From Chiloscyllium plagiosum (Eukaryota): a stretch of 64,000 bases of DNA. Every line of letters starts with the position of its first letter. Within the stretch, counting starts at the first letter, position 1. The position numbers were made by a program, and so were the translations under genes. Positions 1 through 11,919 of the stretch are shown in pieces. The DNA lies in the NCBI RefSeq assembly GCF_004010195.1, contig NC_057718.1, forward strand, positions 9,443,760-9,507,759, read 5' to 3'. The notes beneath the pieces were generated by a model. It had not been told where the DNA came from. It made no database searches and was given only the letters and a program-made list of their open reading frames with translations.

Positions 1-155
1 TTAGCCTGCTGGACACACTTTCCTCATTCCTGAAGAAGGGCTTATGCCCGAAACGTCGATTCTCCTGTTCCTTGGATGCTGCCTGACCTGCTGCGCTTTT
101 CCAGCAACACATTTTCAGCTCTGATCTCCAGCATCTGTAGCCCTCACTTTCTCTC
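1..155 (+). mobile_element. Penelope-like element 3' end with hammerhead motif (family A)
   Basis: ATTC-CTGAAGA-A-GGGC-TTAT-GCCC-GAAA-CG-TC-GATT at 26-61. The same tail follows GIY-YIG coding fragments elsewhere in the window. Confidence 0.75.
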
Positions 156-189
156 ATAGATTGGGCCTACATTCAATTGGTCTTTAGTT

Positions 190-595
190 GAACAACAGGC
201 ATTCTTATTGAAGCATGTAAAATTCTTAGGGGTCTGAATAGGGAAGATGCAGGAAGGTTAATTCCACAAATGGGAGAGTCTAAGACCAGAAGGCATAATC
301 TCAGAGTAAAGACTAATTCATTTTTAGACAGAGATGAGGAGGAATTTCTTATGTCAGAGGGTAGTGAATCTGTAGAATTCTTGACCACAGACAGCTTTTG
401 AGGCTGGATTATTAAATATATTCAAGGCTGAGATAGATAGATTTTTAATCAGGAAGAGAATCGAGGATTATGGGGGAAAGGCGGGAAAGCGGAGTTGAGG
501 ATTATTAGATCAGCCATGGACTCATTGAATCACAGAGCAGACTCAATGGGCTGAATGGCCATCTTCTGCTCCTGTGCCTTTTGATCTTATGGTCT
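190..595 (+). mobile_element. CR1-type LINE 3' fragment, decayed
   Basis: Similar to the window's CR1 3' ends (RGHNLR..., RVVNL), with a gggctgaatggcc...cttatggtct tail. Confidence 0.75.
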
Positions 596-851
596 GAAAT
601 GATCAGTAGAAGAAAATCAATTGGAACAGAAAAAGAGTTTAGATCAGAGAAGAGAGAGAGAGAGAAAGAAATCTGAAGTTGTGCCAGAAGGTTAAGGTGG
701 AAAAACATTGCCTGATGTGGCCACCAGAAAGGGTCATGAAAACATGTCGCCCTGGACATAGTGAACAAGATGTTTGCTCATGGTGAGGGAATGGTGAAGA
801 ATTAAATGAATCCGACAAATGGGATAGTTGAGTTGTAAAGGGAGTACCAAT

Positions 852-1275
852 GTTCAAAGTTTGTGCGAAGATTTGTAGCTCGGGTGCTCGTTGTTGTGGT
901 TCTGTTCGCCGAGCTGGAAGTTTTTGTTGCAAACGTTTCGTCCCCTGTCTAGGTGACATCATCAGTGCTTGGGAGCCTCCTGCGAAGCACTTCTTTGATG
1001 TTTCCTCTGGTGTTTGATTAGCCCTGATTCTATTGAATGGTGGAGCAAGCTCAACGAGTTGAACAGCCTATTTCTGTTTTTATTTCTTATGGTCTTATCG
1101 ATTCCAACAATTTCCTCGGACAGCTGAAACTGACAACCGGAAGCGGCAGGGACAGACCACTATAAACACCAGAGGAAACATCAAAGAAGCGCTTCGCAGG
1201 AGGCTCCCAAGCACTGATGATGTCGCCTAGCCAGGGGACGAAACGTTTGCAACAAAAACTTCCAGCTCGGCGAAC
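852..1275. mobile_element. Fold-back Penelope/Poseidon-type insertion with two inverted hammerhead-bearing arms
   Basis: About 904-1016 is the reverse complement of about 1163-1275. TSD GGAGTACCAAT at 841-851 and 1276-1286. Confidence 0.8.
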
Positions 1276-2779
1276 GGAGTACCAATAGTTACTCCAATAT
1301 AAATAGTGCCCGAATCCAGCCCAAATCCAATCAGATGAAAGGGAGAACTAGCCCATATTGGAGAAAGCTTCTCCTCAGCCTCAGATCAAGATGGGTCAAC
1401 ATCATTCTTAAAATTCTGAAAGTGATTAGAAAAAGGAATTAGAAACCAGTGGTTCAGTTAGGTTTCTAAATCCGCAGAAAAACGGAGTTCTGTGTAAATT
1501 GTATGGGTTTTTGAACATCATGCAAACATGCTCATTAAGGGGGCAGGATGTAATAACACTGTCTTGTGTCTGTGTGTGTATATGTATATGTCAGAGTTGG
1601 TTGGCTGGATGGCTGGGTTGAGATGCAGAGAGATGCTAATAAAGTGGGTTCAATTCCCACACTGGCTGAGGTTACCATGAAGGACTCTCCTTCCCAACCT
1701 CCTCCCTCACCTGAGATGTGGTGACCCTCAGGTTAAACCGCCATCTCTCTCCAATAAGAGAGTAGTCCATTGGTCTAATAGGACAATGGCAACCTTCCCT
1801 GTATATATTTGATGCGTGTCCTGACCAAAGCAAGCTGATTTTAATTTGGCATTGATCATCCATGTCTGACCACTGTTTGAGTTCACCCTGCAGAGGTATC
1901 AAAGTGGAGCTGGAGGGATAAAGAGGGTGATGTACTGGAGGAATTTGAAAGCAAGGTAAATTTTTATATGTGGCATTACCAGAAGCCAATCCTGATGGTC
2001 GAGCAGGTGATGATGGGGTGTATTAGGATGGGGAGTAGAGTTTTGACATTTATGAAGGGAGGCCAGATAGGAATACATTGGAATAGCTTCATCTACCAGT
2101 CTGGATGATATACGTGGAGCGCTGTATTTGGTTAATCATCCCAATAGGAGTGAGAGACAGAACTGGGGCAGAGCAGTATGTCATTACCACTGTTTTCAAT
2201 GTTGATTGATTGTCATTTGGGAATCCCTACATTGCTGAGAGTCTCATGTCATTGGCAAGTGAGACTGGATTTATAAAAAATGCATGAAAAATAACTCAGT
2301 TCCTCACTATTCCTGTGACTGCCAGCTCCTTATCCCATCCAGACAGTTTCATTCTACCAGAGTCAAAGTCTGTATGCAAGAGAAATCCAAAACCCTTCCA
2401 TCCTCCAGACCTCATCATGTTTATTGAAAACCTTCTGACATAAATAAACCATTTGCTTGCAGTGATCAGTAAATATGCCAGTAAGAGAATTGTTCTCTCC
2501 ATTTCTGACAAGCAGGCAGTTGACCTCAGAAACTATCAGACAGGGGTCCTAGACATCTAGATCAAAGGATTTAGCACAGGAGATCTAGAACAACAGAGGG
2601 ACAAGAATAGGGGAGCCAGAATGGAGGACTCCGAACTGGGAACCCAGTGCAGGTGATTTAGAATAGGGGACCTCGAGCACAAAGTAGGGAGATAAGGGGG
2701 AGGGGGAATATATTGAGGGATCTGGAGTAAGAAGGGATCTAGAATAAAAGACAATAAGAGACTAATATCATTTACACGT

Positions 2780-3587
2780 TCCCTGATGACACCACCACAA
2801 TCGATTGAATCTCAGATGGTGACAAAACAGACTACAGACGGGAGGTGGGAGACCTGGAAAAATGGTGCACTGAGAACAACCTAGCTCTCAACGCCAGCAA
2901 AACCAAGGAACTCATTATTGACTTTCAGCAGGATCTTACTCATGCCCCCGTACACATTAACAGCACAGAGGTGGAATGAGTGGAGAGTGTCAAGCTCCTG
3001 GGAGTGGTCATCTACAACAAGCTTTCTTGGACTCTTCATGAGGACGCACTGGTTACAAAGGCCCAATAACATCTCTTCTTCCTCAGGCAACTGAGGAAAT
3101 TTGGCATGACAGTGAATACCTTGCCAACTTTTATATGTACGCCATCGAGAGCATTCTGTCTGGATATATCACGACCAAGTATTGCAAGGTCGGAGCCGGT
3201 TACAGAGAGTGGTGAACTCGGCCCGGACACTCACAAAAGCCAACCTCCCATCTATAGAATCCATCTACCAGGTCAGTTGTCAAGGAAACGCTGCCAGCAT
3301 TCTCAAAGATCCATCCCACCCCGGCAATGTTTTTCTACAACCTCTACCGTCGGGGGGAAGGTACAGAAGTGTTTCAAAACAGGTTGTACCCTACTATTGT
3401 TAGAATACTGAATGGACTCACAAACTCTTAACATTCCCCTGTACCTGTGGTTTTGTTTTTGCTGCTGTTTACCTATTATTTACTGTCTACGCTACTTAAC
3501 TCTGTGATCTACCGGTATTACTCACAAGACAAAGCTTTTCACTGTGCCTCGGTACACGTGACAATAAATTCAATTCAATTCAATTCA
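2780..3587 (+). mobile_element. Rex1/Babar-type LINE 3' fragment
   Basis: Decayed RT and downstream region (WCTENNLALNASKTKELIIDF; ASILKDPSHPGN..F.PLPSG.RYRS), ending in AATAAA and (AATTC)4. Confidence 0.8.
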
Positions 3588-3779
3588 CATGAGAGACAGG
3601 GATCTAGAACACTGGATCCAGAATAAGAATCTCCAAATCATGGTCTTTGCATTACAAAGGTCAACCTCAAAATTACATCACAGACTGCCAAGTGTTTGGA
3701 AGTGCTGTGCCAAGTTCACTCGAGTAATTAATCTATACTTAGAGTTTAGAAAGACGGGGGCGGGGGAGGGGGGGTGTCG

Positions 3780-4132
3780 ATCTCATTAAAACTTACAGAA
3801 TACTGAGAGGCCTGGAGAGAGTGGATGTGTCTCCACTAGTAGGAGAGGCAAGGACCTGAGGGGACAGCTTCAGACTGAAGAGACAGTCCTTTAGAATTGA
3901 GAAGAGGAGGAATTTCTTCAGCCAGAGGGTGGTGAATCTGTAGAACTCATTGACACGGATGGCTGTGGAGACCAGGTCATTGAGTGCGTTGACAAAGGTA
4001 AGTCCTTGATCAATAAGGGGATAAAAGAGGTCATGGGGACAGGCAGGAGAATGGGGTTGAGAAATGTATCAGACATGCTGGAACAGACTCTATGGGCTGA
4101 ATGGCATAATTCTGTTCCTGTATCTTATGGTT
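3780..4132 (+). mobile_element. CR1-type LINE 3' fragment
   Basis: RRNFFSQRVVNL-like coding remnant and gggctgaatggc...cttatggt tail. Confidence 0.75.
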
Positions 4133-5049
4133 TGACAGTCAGTTCTTTCTTGTTTATTTTTCAGATATTCAGGACTACTCCCTGCCATGCTCACAGAGAA
4201 AGCAGATTTCTATAAACTCCACTCATTGGGAGCACGCGATGTATAAGTGTCTTAGTGAATCAACACCATACCAGAGAACACAGAGCAGGAGGCAGGGTTG
4301 GGTCTGGCTATGAGATATGAGAACCAGACAGACCCTCTCAGGAGTGACCCGGGCAGTGACTGTGGGGAAGGTCGAAACAGGAGCTCATCAAGGCACGTGG
4401 CCACCTATCCAACTCCACCTCCAGAGAAACTAACCGAGGCAGGGTAATCCCATCGTTAAACAGAAGGAACACAAGTGAAAGTAGCTGTAACGCATTAAGC
4501 AATTTTGGGCTGTAATTCCCAACAGTTTCCAGCCACCTGCACCAGCGGTGAATTGGATTTATTATCTGAACTGCTTCATGTAATTACAGGCACACTTTAC
4601 TGTTTGTAAGTTGCCTTGAAGCACTCTAGGAGTTTAAAGTCATTGCACATGTTGTCCTACTGTGATCCGTCTAACATGTGGTCTCAGCATCAGCTTTCAT
4701 TTTACCCAAGAGGTTTAGTAGGAGTGCAGGAAGACATTTAGTCCCTGAAGCTTGCTCTGTTGTTCAGTTAGACCATGCTGGGTTGCGGCCTGATGATTTT
4801 TTTGCCAATGCCAATCTTTGCTCTATATTATCATTCACATACAATCACTCAAGAAAAGCATTGGATGATTATTTGGATACATGGGAAAAGGCAGGAGATT
4901 GGCTCTGGCTGATAGAAGCAGTGCTGGCATATTGGGCCAAATGGCCTCCTCCCTCTACACCAGAACGATTCTTCAGAGATTTGAGAAAAAACAGTCAGTC
5001 TTGAAATGGTCCACAGCTCTTAGAAGGAAGAATGTTCCAGATCTCCGCT

Positions 5050-5275
5050 CCTCTCTGAGTGAAGCAATGCTTCCTGTCACATCCCATATAGACCCAGCCC
5101 CACCTCCCCCATTTATCTCTCCACCCTGGAGGCTTCCTCCCTCTATTCCTGATGAAGGGCCTTTGCCCGAAACGTCGATTTTCCTGCTCCTCGGATGCTG
5201 CCTGACGTGCTGTGCTTTTCCAGCACCACTCTGATCTAAACTCTGGTTTCCAGCATCTGCAGTCCTCACTTTTGC
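5050..5275 (+). mobile_element. Penelope-like 3' end with intact hammerhead core
   Basis: ATTC-CTGATGA-A-GGGC-CTTT-GCCC-GAAA-CG-TC-GATT at 5145-5180. Confidence 0.75.
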
Positions 5276-6078
5276 CCATTGTCTCTGGGCCCTGGGGAGG
5301 TGCCACATTGGCTGAGAGATGATACATCATAGCGAAAAGGGAGTCCCAGCTTCCCTTCCTATCTCAGACCCCGTCTCAATCGTATTCAGTTGTATTCAGT
5401 TGAGCCCATCGTTGTATGATGATGCTGCACTGTCCCAAACCCATTTCCCAAAGGTACCTTGGGTTTTAGCCGTATCGGTCCCTTTTAAAGTCACTACCAC
5501 TAACTTCGACCTCACTGAGTCAGCATTGTTCAGTTTGCAATGTCATAGTGCAACCTGCCTCTGAGCAGCACGTTGACCCCACGCCCATCGCTAATGGGTG
5601 AGGAAATGACTGCAAATGAAATGTAGCTTGAGTTTGCAAATAGTTCCTTTGTGTATTTGCCCTTTCAACATTCTAACATCCTCCAGGTGTTGACAGTGCA
5701 TTTTCATTCATCCAGCAGACATTAATTCCACCCACCCCATGAGGCAGACCCCACCCACTGGGTATTGTCCCCATTATTGTCCAGTTGCCTCTTGCGACTA
5801 GGTAATGGCAGGAAACATAGCTATCGGTGGATACCATAATCACTGGGCTCTGCCTGGTAACCCCAGTGACACCCCCACCTTCCCCTCTAGAGCTCCATTC
5901 CCTGTTTCACCCATCACCACCACATTATCCTGCCACCCCATTTCCATCATCATCCCCATGTGGAAACCAACCAAATGGAAATCCACCTATGACCATCCTA
6001 CCCATCCCTAGAACCCTGAATTAGTGCTGTCCAGCCTATTCCTCTATGGAGGCCACACTGGCAGTCGCTACCTTATAA

Positions 6079-7177
6079 GGTAAAAACAATGACTGCAGAT
6101 GCTGGAAACCAGATTCTGGATCAGTGGTGCTGGAAGAGCACAGCAATTCAGGCAGCATCCGATGAGACGTCAATTTTGCTGCTCGTCGGATGCTACACAT
6201 CCTCCCATCCTGCCCCCTGTAAAAACGCCATCCCATTCTCCCAATTCCTTCGTCTCCGCCGCATCTGCTCCCAGGAGGACCAGTTCAAAATACGTACAAC
6301 ACATGTCCCAGAGGTGCTCTCTGAATCGCTCCGCAAGTAGGCGGCCTGTCTCCCCAATATAGAGGAGGCCACACCGGCTGCAGCGGATGCAGTAGATGGT
6401 GTGGGTGGAGGTGCAGGTGAATCTGTGGCGGATATGGAAGTTTCCTTTGGGGCCTTGGAGAGAAGTGAGGGGGGAGGTGTGGGCGCAAGTGTTGCACCTC
6501 CTGCGGTTGCAAGGGAAGGTGCCGGGAGTGGTGGTTGGGTCGGTGGGGGGTGTGGATCTGACAAGGGAGTCGCGGAGGGAGTGGTCTCTACGGAAAGCTG
6601 ATAGGGGTGGGGAGGGAAATATATCCTTGGTGCTGGGTCTGTTTGGAGGTGGCGGAAGTGACGGCGGATGATGCGCTGTACATGGAGATTGGTGGGGTGG
6701 TAGGTGAGGACCAGTGGGGTTCTGTCCTGGTGGCGGTTGGAGGGGCGGGGCTCAAGGGCGGAGGAGCGGGAAGTGGAGGAGATGCGGGGGGGGGCACCGT
6801 CGACCACGTCGGGGGGGAAATTGCGGTCCTTGAAGAAGGAGGCCATCTGTGTTGTACGTATTTTGAACTGGTCCTCCTGGGAGCAGATGCGGCGGGCCGC
6901 CTTCCTGACCTGCAGTCTTCTTGTTGACCTCTCCGCCTCCATCCTACTCCGACCTATCACCCTCACCTTGACCTCTTTCCACCTATCACATTTCCAACGC
7001 CCCTCCTCCAAGTCCCTCCTCCCTACCTTTTATCTTCTCATGCTGAACACTCTCTGCTCATTCCTGAAGAAGGGCCTGTGCCCGAAACGTCGAATCTCCT
7101 GTTCCCTGGATGCTGCCTGACCTGCTGTGCTGTTCCAGCAATAAAGTTTCAACTGTGCTCTTCCAGCACCACTGATC
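6079..7177. mobile_element. Rearranged Penelope-like element (RT thumb plus GIY-YIG fragments on both strands)
   Basis: + strand YTSSHPAPCKNAIPFSQFLRLRRICS. - strand RTPLVLTYHP and IYCIRCSRCGLLYIGETGR (GIY-YIG). Hammerhead at 7060-7095. Near-perfect TSD CAGTC(G/A)CTACC(T)TATAA at 6062-6078 and 7178-7193. Confidence 0.85.
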
Positions 7178-7644
7178 CAGTCACTACCTATAACCTACCC
7201 TCCCGTAACCTACCTTCCCACCTTAGGCTGCCCCCTATTCACGTTGAACTGCCTACCATCACCGTCCTTGCCCCCATCTTCACACATGCCTCTGCTTTCC
7301 CTGTCCCCAGGCCTTGACACTCCCCGACCCTTTGTGAGATCACCCTGCTGACTATGTCCAGCCCCAACAGACAAGCTAGTGATAATCACAACCTAGTGCA
7401 CAGGAAGAGGCCATTCACGAAGTAGAGCTCAGCCCGATCTCTACTCCTGTTTGGTCTGTACAATGTTGCATAAGGTCTTGGCTCTGAAAGGGTTAATGTC
7501 GGACACTGTTTTCGGCTTTGCTCCAACTGGTGAAGTCCGTCAGGTTTGGGTAAGGAAAAGGCGCAACACTGTCGGACCCACAGAGGGGTCAACAAGACTC
7601 TTTGTAATCTTCACAACAACCCACCAGCTGATATCACTCATAAA

Positions 7645-8145
7645 GGGCCTTGGTGAGACCACAGCTGGAGAATTGTGAGCAGTTTCAAAGGATGTTCTAG
7701 CGATGGAGCGAGTGCAATGAATATTTCCCAGACTGATTCCTGGAATGACAGGAATGCCATTGATACACGAAGAGAGACTGAATCAGTTAGGACTATATTG
7801 ACTGGAGTTTAGAAGAATGTGGGGGAATCCCATAGAAAGCTAACAGGGACTAGACAGGGTAAATGCAGCAAGGATGTTCCCAATGGTTGGGAGTCCAGAA
7901 CGAGAGGTCAACATTTAAGGATACAGAGTAGGTCATTAGAACTGCATTGAGGAGAAATTTCTTCACCCAAACAGTGGAATTCTCCTGAATTGAGTCCAAA
8001 ACATTATTTTCAAGAAGGATTTGGATATAATTCTTCTGGCTTAAAAAGCTGAAAGGGCATAGGGAGCAAGAATAAACTATAAAGAACAACAGAGCAGTCT
8101 CAAAAAATACCAAATGACCCACTCCTGCTCCCAATTTCTTTCTTT
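7645..8145 (+). mobile_element. CR1-type LINE 3' fragment, decayed
   Basis: KDVLAMERVQ, LGLY.LEFRR and RRNFFTQ remnants. Confidence 0.7.
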
Positions 8146-8189
8146 CTGTGTTTCTACACCTAATTGCTATTATACAGGAAACTACACAG

Positions 8190-8880
8190 AGTCATAGAGG
8201 AAACAGACCCTTCGGTCCAACCTGTCCACAATTCTAAACTAAACTAGTCCCAGCTGCCTGCTGCTGTCCCATATTCCTCCAACCAGCTTCTGTGCAAAGA
8301 ATTTGCCCCTCATGTCTTTTTTCAATGTCTCTCCTCTCACCTTAAAAATGTGCCCCCTGGTCTTGAAACCCCCCCACCCTGGGGAAAAGACAACTCCCAT
8401 TAACTCTGTCTACACCCATCATTGTTTTATAAACCTGCCTCTCAACCTCCTACGCTCCAGTGAAAACTGTCCCAGCCTCTCCAGTCTTTCTTTATAACTT
8501 AAACCTTCCATACCTGGCAACGTCCCAGTAAATCTCCTTCGAACCCACTACAGCTTAATAGTATCCTTCCGATGACAGTCAGGACTTGGAGATGCCGGTG
8601 TTGGACTGGGGTGTACAAAGTTAAAAATCACACAACACCAGGTTGTAGTCCAACAGGTTTAATTGGAAGCACACTAGCTTTCGGAACGTCGCTCCTTCAT
8701 GATGAACCACCTGATGAAGGAGCAGCGCTCCGAAAGCTAGTGCTTCCAATTAAACCTGTTGGACCTGGTGTTGTGTGATTTTTAACTTCCGAAGACAGGG
8801 TGGCCAGAACTGGACACAGTGCTCCAGAAGAGACCTCACCAGTGTCCTGTACAACCTCAACATGACATCCCAACTCCGAG
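8190..8880 (-). mobile_element. CR1-type LINE 3' fragment interrupted by a PLE palindrome
   Basis: Reverse complement of the window's CR1 copies (LEHCVQFWPP; ctatgact tail). Confidence 0.75.
8579..8785. mobile_element. Fold-back mini-PLE (family B hammerhead)
   Basis: About 8620-8700 is inverted relative to about 8714-8787. CAC-CTGATGA-A-GGAGC-AGC-GCTCC-GAAA-GC-TA-GTG at 8708-8742. TSD CTTCCGA(T/A)GACAG at 8566-78 and 8786-98. Confidence 0.8.
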
Positions 8881-9109
8881 ACACAATGGACCGATCTTGT
8901 TGAAGACAGAATCCTCTTCTTGTTCAGACTCACTAGTGATTGTACCACCCTAAACCAGATTGGAACTTACACCCAGTCAAAGAAAGGGGTTTGGTGTCAG
9001 TATCCTGTTACCCACAGAAAGAACCTCCCTGCCCTCAAGTCAAAATTATTCACAGAATCGGTTTAAATTGCCTCTTTGTCTGTGAGTGGGAACCATCTCC
9101 TCATGTTTT

Positions 9110-9444
9110 ACTCTAGTGATGGAGAGGGATAAGTGTGCACTACAGGGCAAGAGTTATAGATGGGGGCAGGGAAATTATGATGCTGTGAGGCATGACTTAG
9201 GATGTGTGGCCTGGAAAAGTAAGCTTCAAGGCAAGGGTGTAATTGATATGTGGAGCTTGTTCAAGGAGCAACTATTGAGTGTCCTTGATAAGTATGTGCC
9301 CGTCAGGCAGGGAGGAAAGGGTCGTGTGAGGGAGCCGTGGTTTAATAAGGAATTGGAATCCCTTGTTAAATGGAAGAGGGCAGCCTATGTAAAGATGAGG
9401 CGTGAAGGTACAATTGGGGCGATTGAGAGTTATAAGGAAGCCAG
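9110..9444 (+). mobile_element. CR1 ORF2 internal fragment
   Basis: YRWGQGNYDAVRHDL..VAW...MWSLFKEQLLSVLDKYVP...REPWFNKE, the CR1 EN-RT linker. Confidence 0.75.
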
Positions 9445-9712
9445 GGTAGTGTGGCTGTCAGTTCCGAGATGCTCCTGTTGTATGGTAGTGTGGCTAGTCC
9501 TTTTGGTTGTGGTATGTCCTCGTTCCGTGGTCTTTCTCTTAGGCATCTGTTGATGAAGTTGCGCGGGTATCCGTTTTTGGCGAATACCTTGTATAGGTGT
9601 TAGTTTTCTTCTTTTTGCAGTTCTGGTGTACTGCAGTGTGTTGTGGCCCTTTTGAATAGTGTCCTGATGCAGCTTCGTTTGTGTGTGTTGGGGTGGTTAC
9701 TTTCATAGTTTA
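9445..9712 (-). mobile_element. Penelope/Poseidon RT thumb fragment
   Basis: NYESNHPNTHKRSCIRTLFKRATTHCST...NGYP; homologous to 52925-53100. Confidence 0.8.
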
Positions 9713-9769
9713 GGTTGGTCATAAGGCAAGCCATCACAACGAAAACTGAAACTTTTCTGGACCCAGGGA

Positions 9770-10740
9770 GACCTGATTGCCAGAGAGGATGGCATAGTAT
9801 TATGGGGAGCAAGAGCAGTTGTCCCGAGCAAAGGTCATTACCTGAGACTGGCTGAATTACATCAGGAATGAAGATATTGGCGAGAATTTATGTCTGGTGA
9901 CCAGGATTGAATACTGACATAGCCACGTTGATTGGGCAGAGCCTCGAGTGCCAACAATACATAAACGTCACCAGCAACAGCTCCTCCACATTCACGGGAA
10001 TGGCTGGCTAAACCCTGGACGTGGTTGCAGGTCGACTGTACCATCCTTTCATGGGTTTTATGTTTTTACTCATAGTGGACACCCTCTAATAGTGTTTGGA
10101 CGAGCGCACAGTTCATTTGTCAATGACAGGGTGATGACTGACAAGCTGCAAGCATCTTTTGCAATACACAGACTCCATGAGGTGTTGGTCACAGACAACA
10201 GGCCATTATTTACCAACAAATATTCTGTGTATTTCCTAATGTCGCATGACATTTGGTATGGAAGGACAGCTCCATACCATCCATCGCCAAGTGGTCATGT
10301 GGAAAAAAAGCACAGTCCAAACTTTCAGGGCAGGCTTGAAGAAACAGCCTACAGCTTCACTCGACAACATACTGCCACTGTTCCTATTGAGTCCAGGTCC
10401 ACCCCATACACCTACAGGGACAAATCTAGTAGAATATCCAATGGGGACAAGGCCTTGCACCAGGTTAAATCGGATCTTCCCAAACCAGGAGGGGTGGGGA
10501 TGCGGTGGTGGTGGTGGTGAAACAACTTCAGGAATGCCAATGCTGGATTCAGGACCCTCTGAATCAGAAAGGCTATTTACTTCATAGGACGAAGTTTAGT
10601 TTTGAGACCAAGGAATGCTCCTGCATGTGTAAAAGGCATGGTGGATGAGGGGTCAGGTCCCATGATGAACGAAGTTTGGTTAGGAAATGTGGTCCTGAAC
10701 AGGTACGTGGAACACATGAAAGCTACAACATTGCAAACAA
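9770..10740 (+). mobile_element. Ty3/Gypsy integrase remnant
   Basis: DGIVLWGARAVVP, MKILARIYVW*PGL (HHCC region) and LVTDNRPLFT...RTAPYHPSPSGHVEK..VQTF (DDE core), with stops and frameshifts. Confidence 0.8.
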
Positions 10741-11057
10741 GGCGGAAGCAAAACCTATCTTGACCCTCAGAACATCCAAAGCTGTTATAACCCGTGGATT
10801 CAGCGCATTGCAGAGGATCTCATGATAAAATGCACACAGCATATGTCACAGCCTCGAAACAGCTACCACCTGAAGAAGAGGAGTTTTGGTCAAGACTCTC
10901 CAGGCACAAGTGGCAGGCTATTATCACTCCAAATTAGGTAGAGGCAGAGGAATCAGACCTCGTGTGAAAATGCCCGAGGAGAAACTACTGGATGGAGGAC
11001 TTGCCTTACTCCAGGATTTAAAGGGGGATGAATGTTTTGCTTTGAATCATGTCAACT

Positions 11058-11553
11058 CATACTATAGGAAGGATGTGGAGGCACTGGAACGTGTGCAGAG
11101 GAGGTTTACCAGGATGTTGCCTGGTATGGTAGAAAGATCGTATTAGGAAAGGCTGAGGCACTTGGGGTTGTTTTCATTGGAGAAAAGAAGGTTTAGGGGT
11201 GACTTGATAGAGGTGTACAAGATGATTAGGGGTTTAGATAGGGTCGACAGTGAGAATCTTTTTCCACGTATGGAGTCAGCTATTACAAGGGGGCATAGCT
11301 TTAAATTAAGGGGGGGTAGGTATAGGACAGATGTTAGGGGTAGGTTCTTTACTCAGCGAGTCGTGAGTTCATGGAATGCCCTGCCAGTAGCAGTGGTGGA
11401 CTCTCCCTCATTATGGGCATTTAAGCGGGCATTGGAAGGGCATATGGAGGATAGTGGGCTAGTGTAGGTTAGGTGGGCTTGGATCGGCGCAACATCGAGG
11501 GCCGAAGGGCCTGTACTGCGCTGTATTCTTCTATGTTCTATGTTCTATGTTCT
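11058..11553 (+). mobile_element. CR1-type LINE 3' end, well preserved
   Basis: YYRKDVEALERVQRRFTRMLPG and GLFSLEKRRFRGDLIEVYKM...RFFTQRVVSSWNALP, with a (TTCTATG)n tail. Confidence 0.9.
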
Positions 11554-11919
11554 CTCTGAACCTTTTGTCAATAATTTTAAGTCAATGGATTCTCACCCTA
11601 ATGACCCTCTCAACAGAGCACTGAGTTCTTCTTGTTTGCTGCTATGTTAGGGAATATTCCTGTTTTAAAAGGGATTCAATCTTCTTCATGTTTGTTTATT
11701 CTTGGCCTTGCTAATGATTTTTCTGGAACACACATATAAAATTCCCCATTCGTTAGTTGAACAGTTTTCCAATTGTGAGGCACTTGTGCCGCCTAGTGAA
11801 GACATGTGGTACTGCAACCACAGTGGACGTGACACAGCATTGCAATGATGAATCTATTAATTATCCTGGTCCATATTAACCCAATCGTAATGCATATGCG
11901 AGATGAACACATATTTAAA

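Noticed and set aside
4142..4450. Strong-looking splice acceptor at 4164
   Set aside because: No recognisable protein in any frame and no convincing partner exon. An unrecognised or non-coding exon cannot be excluded.
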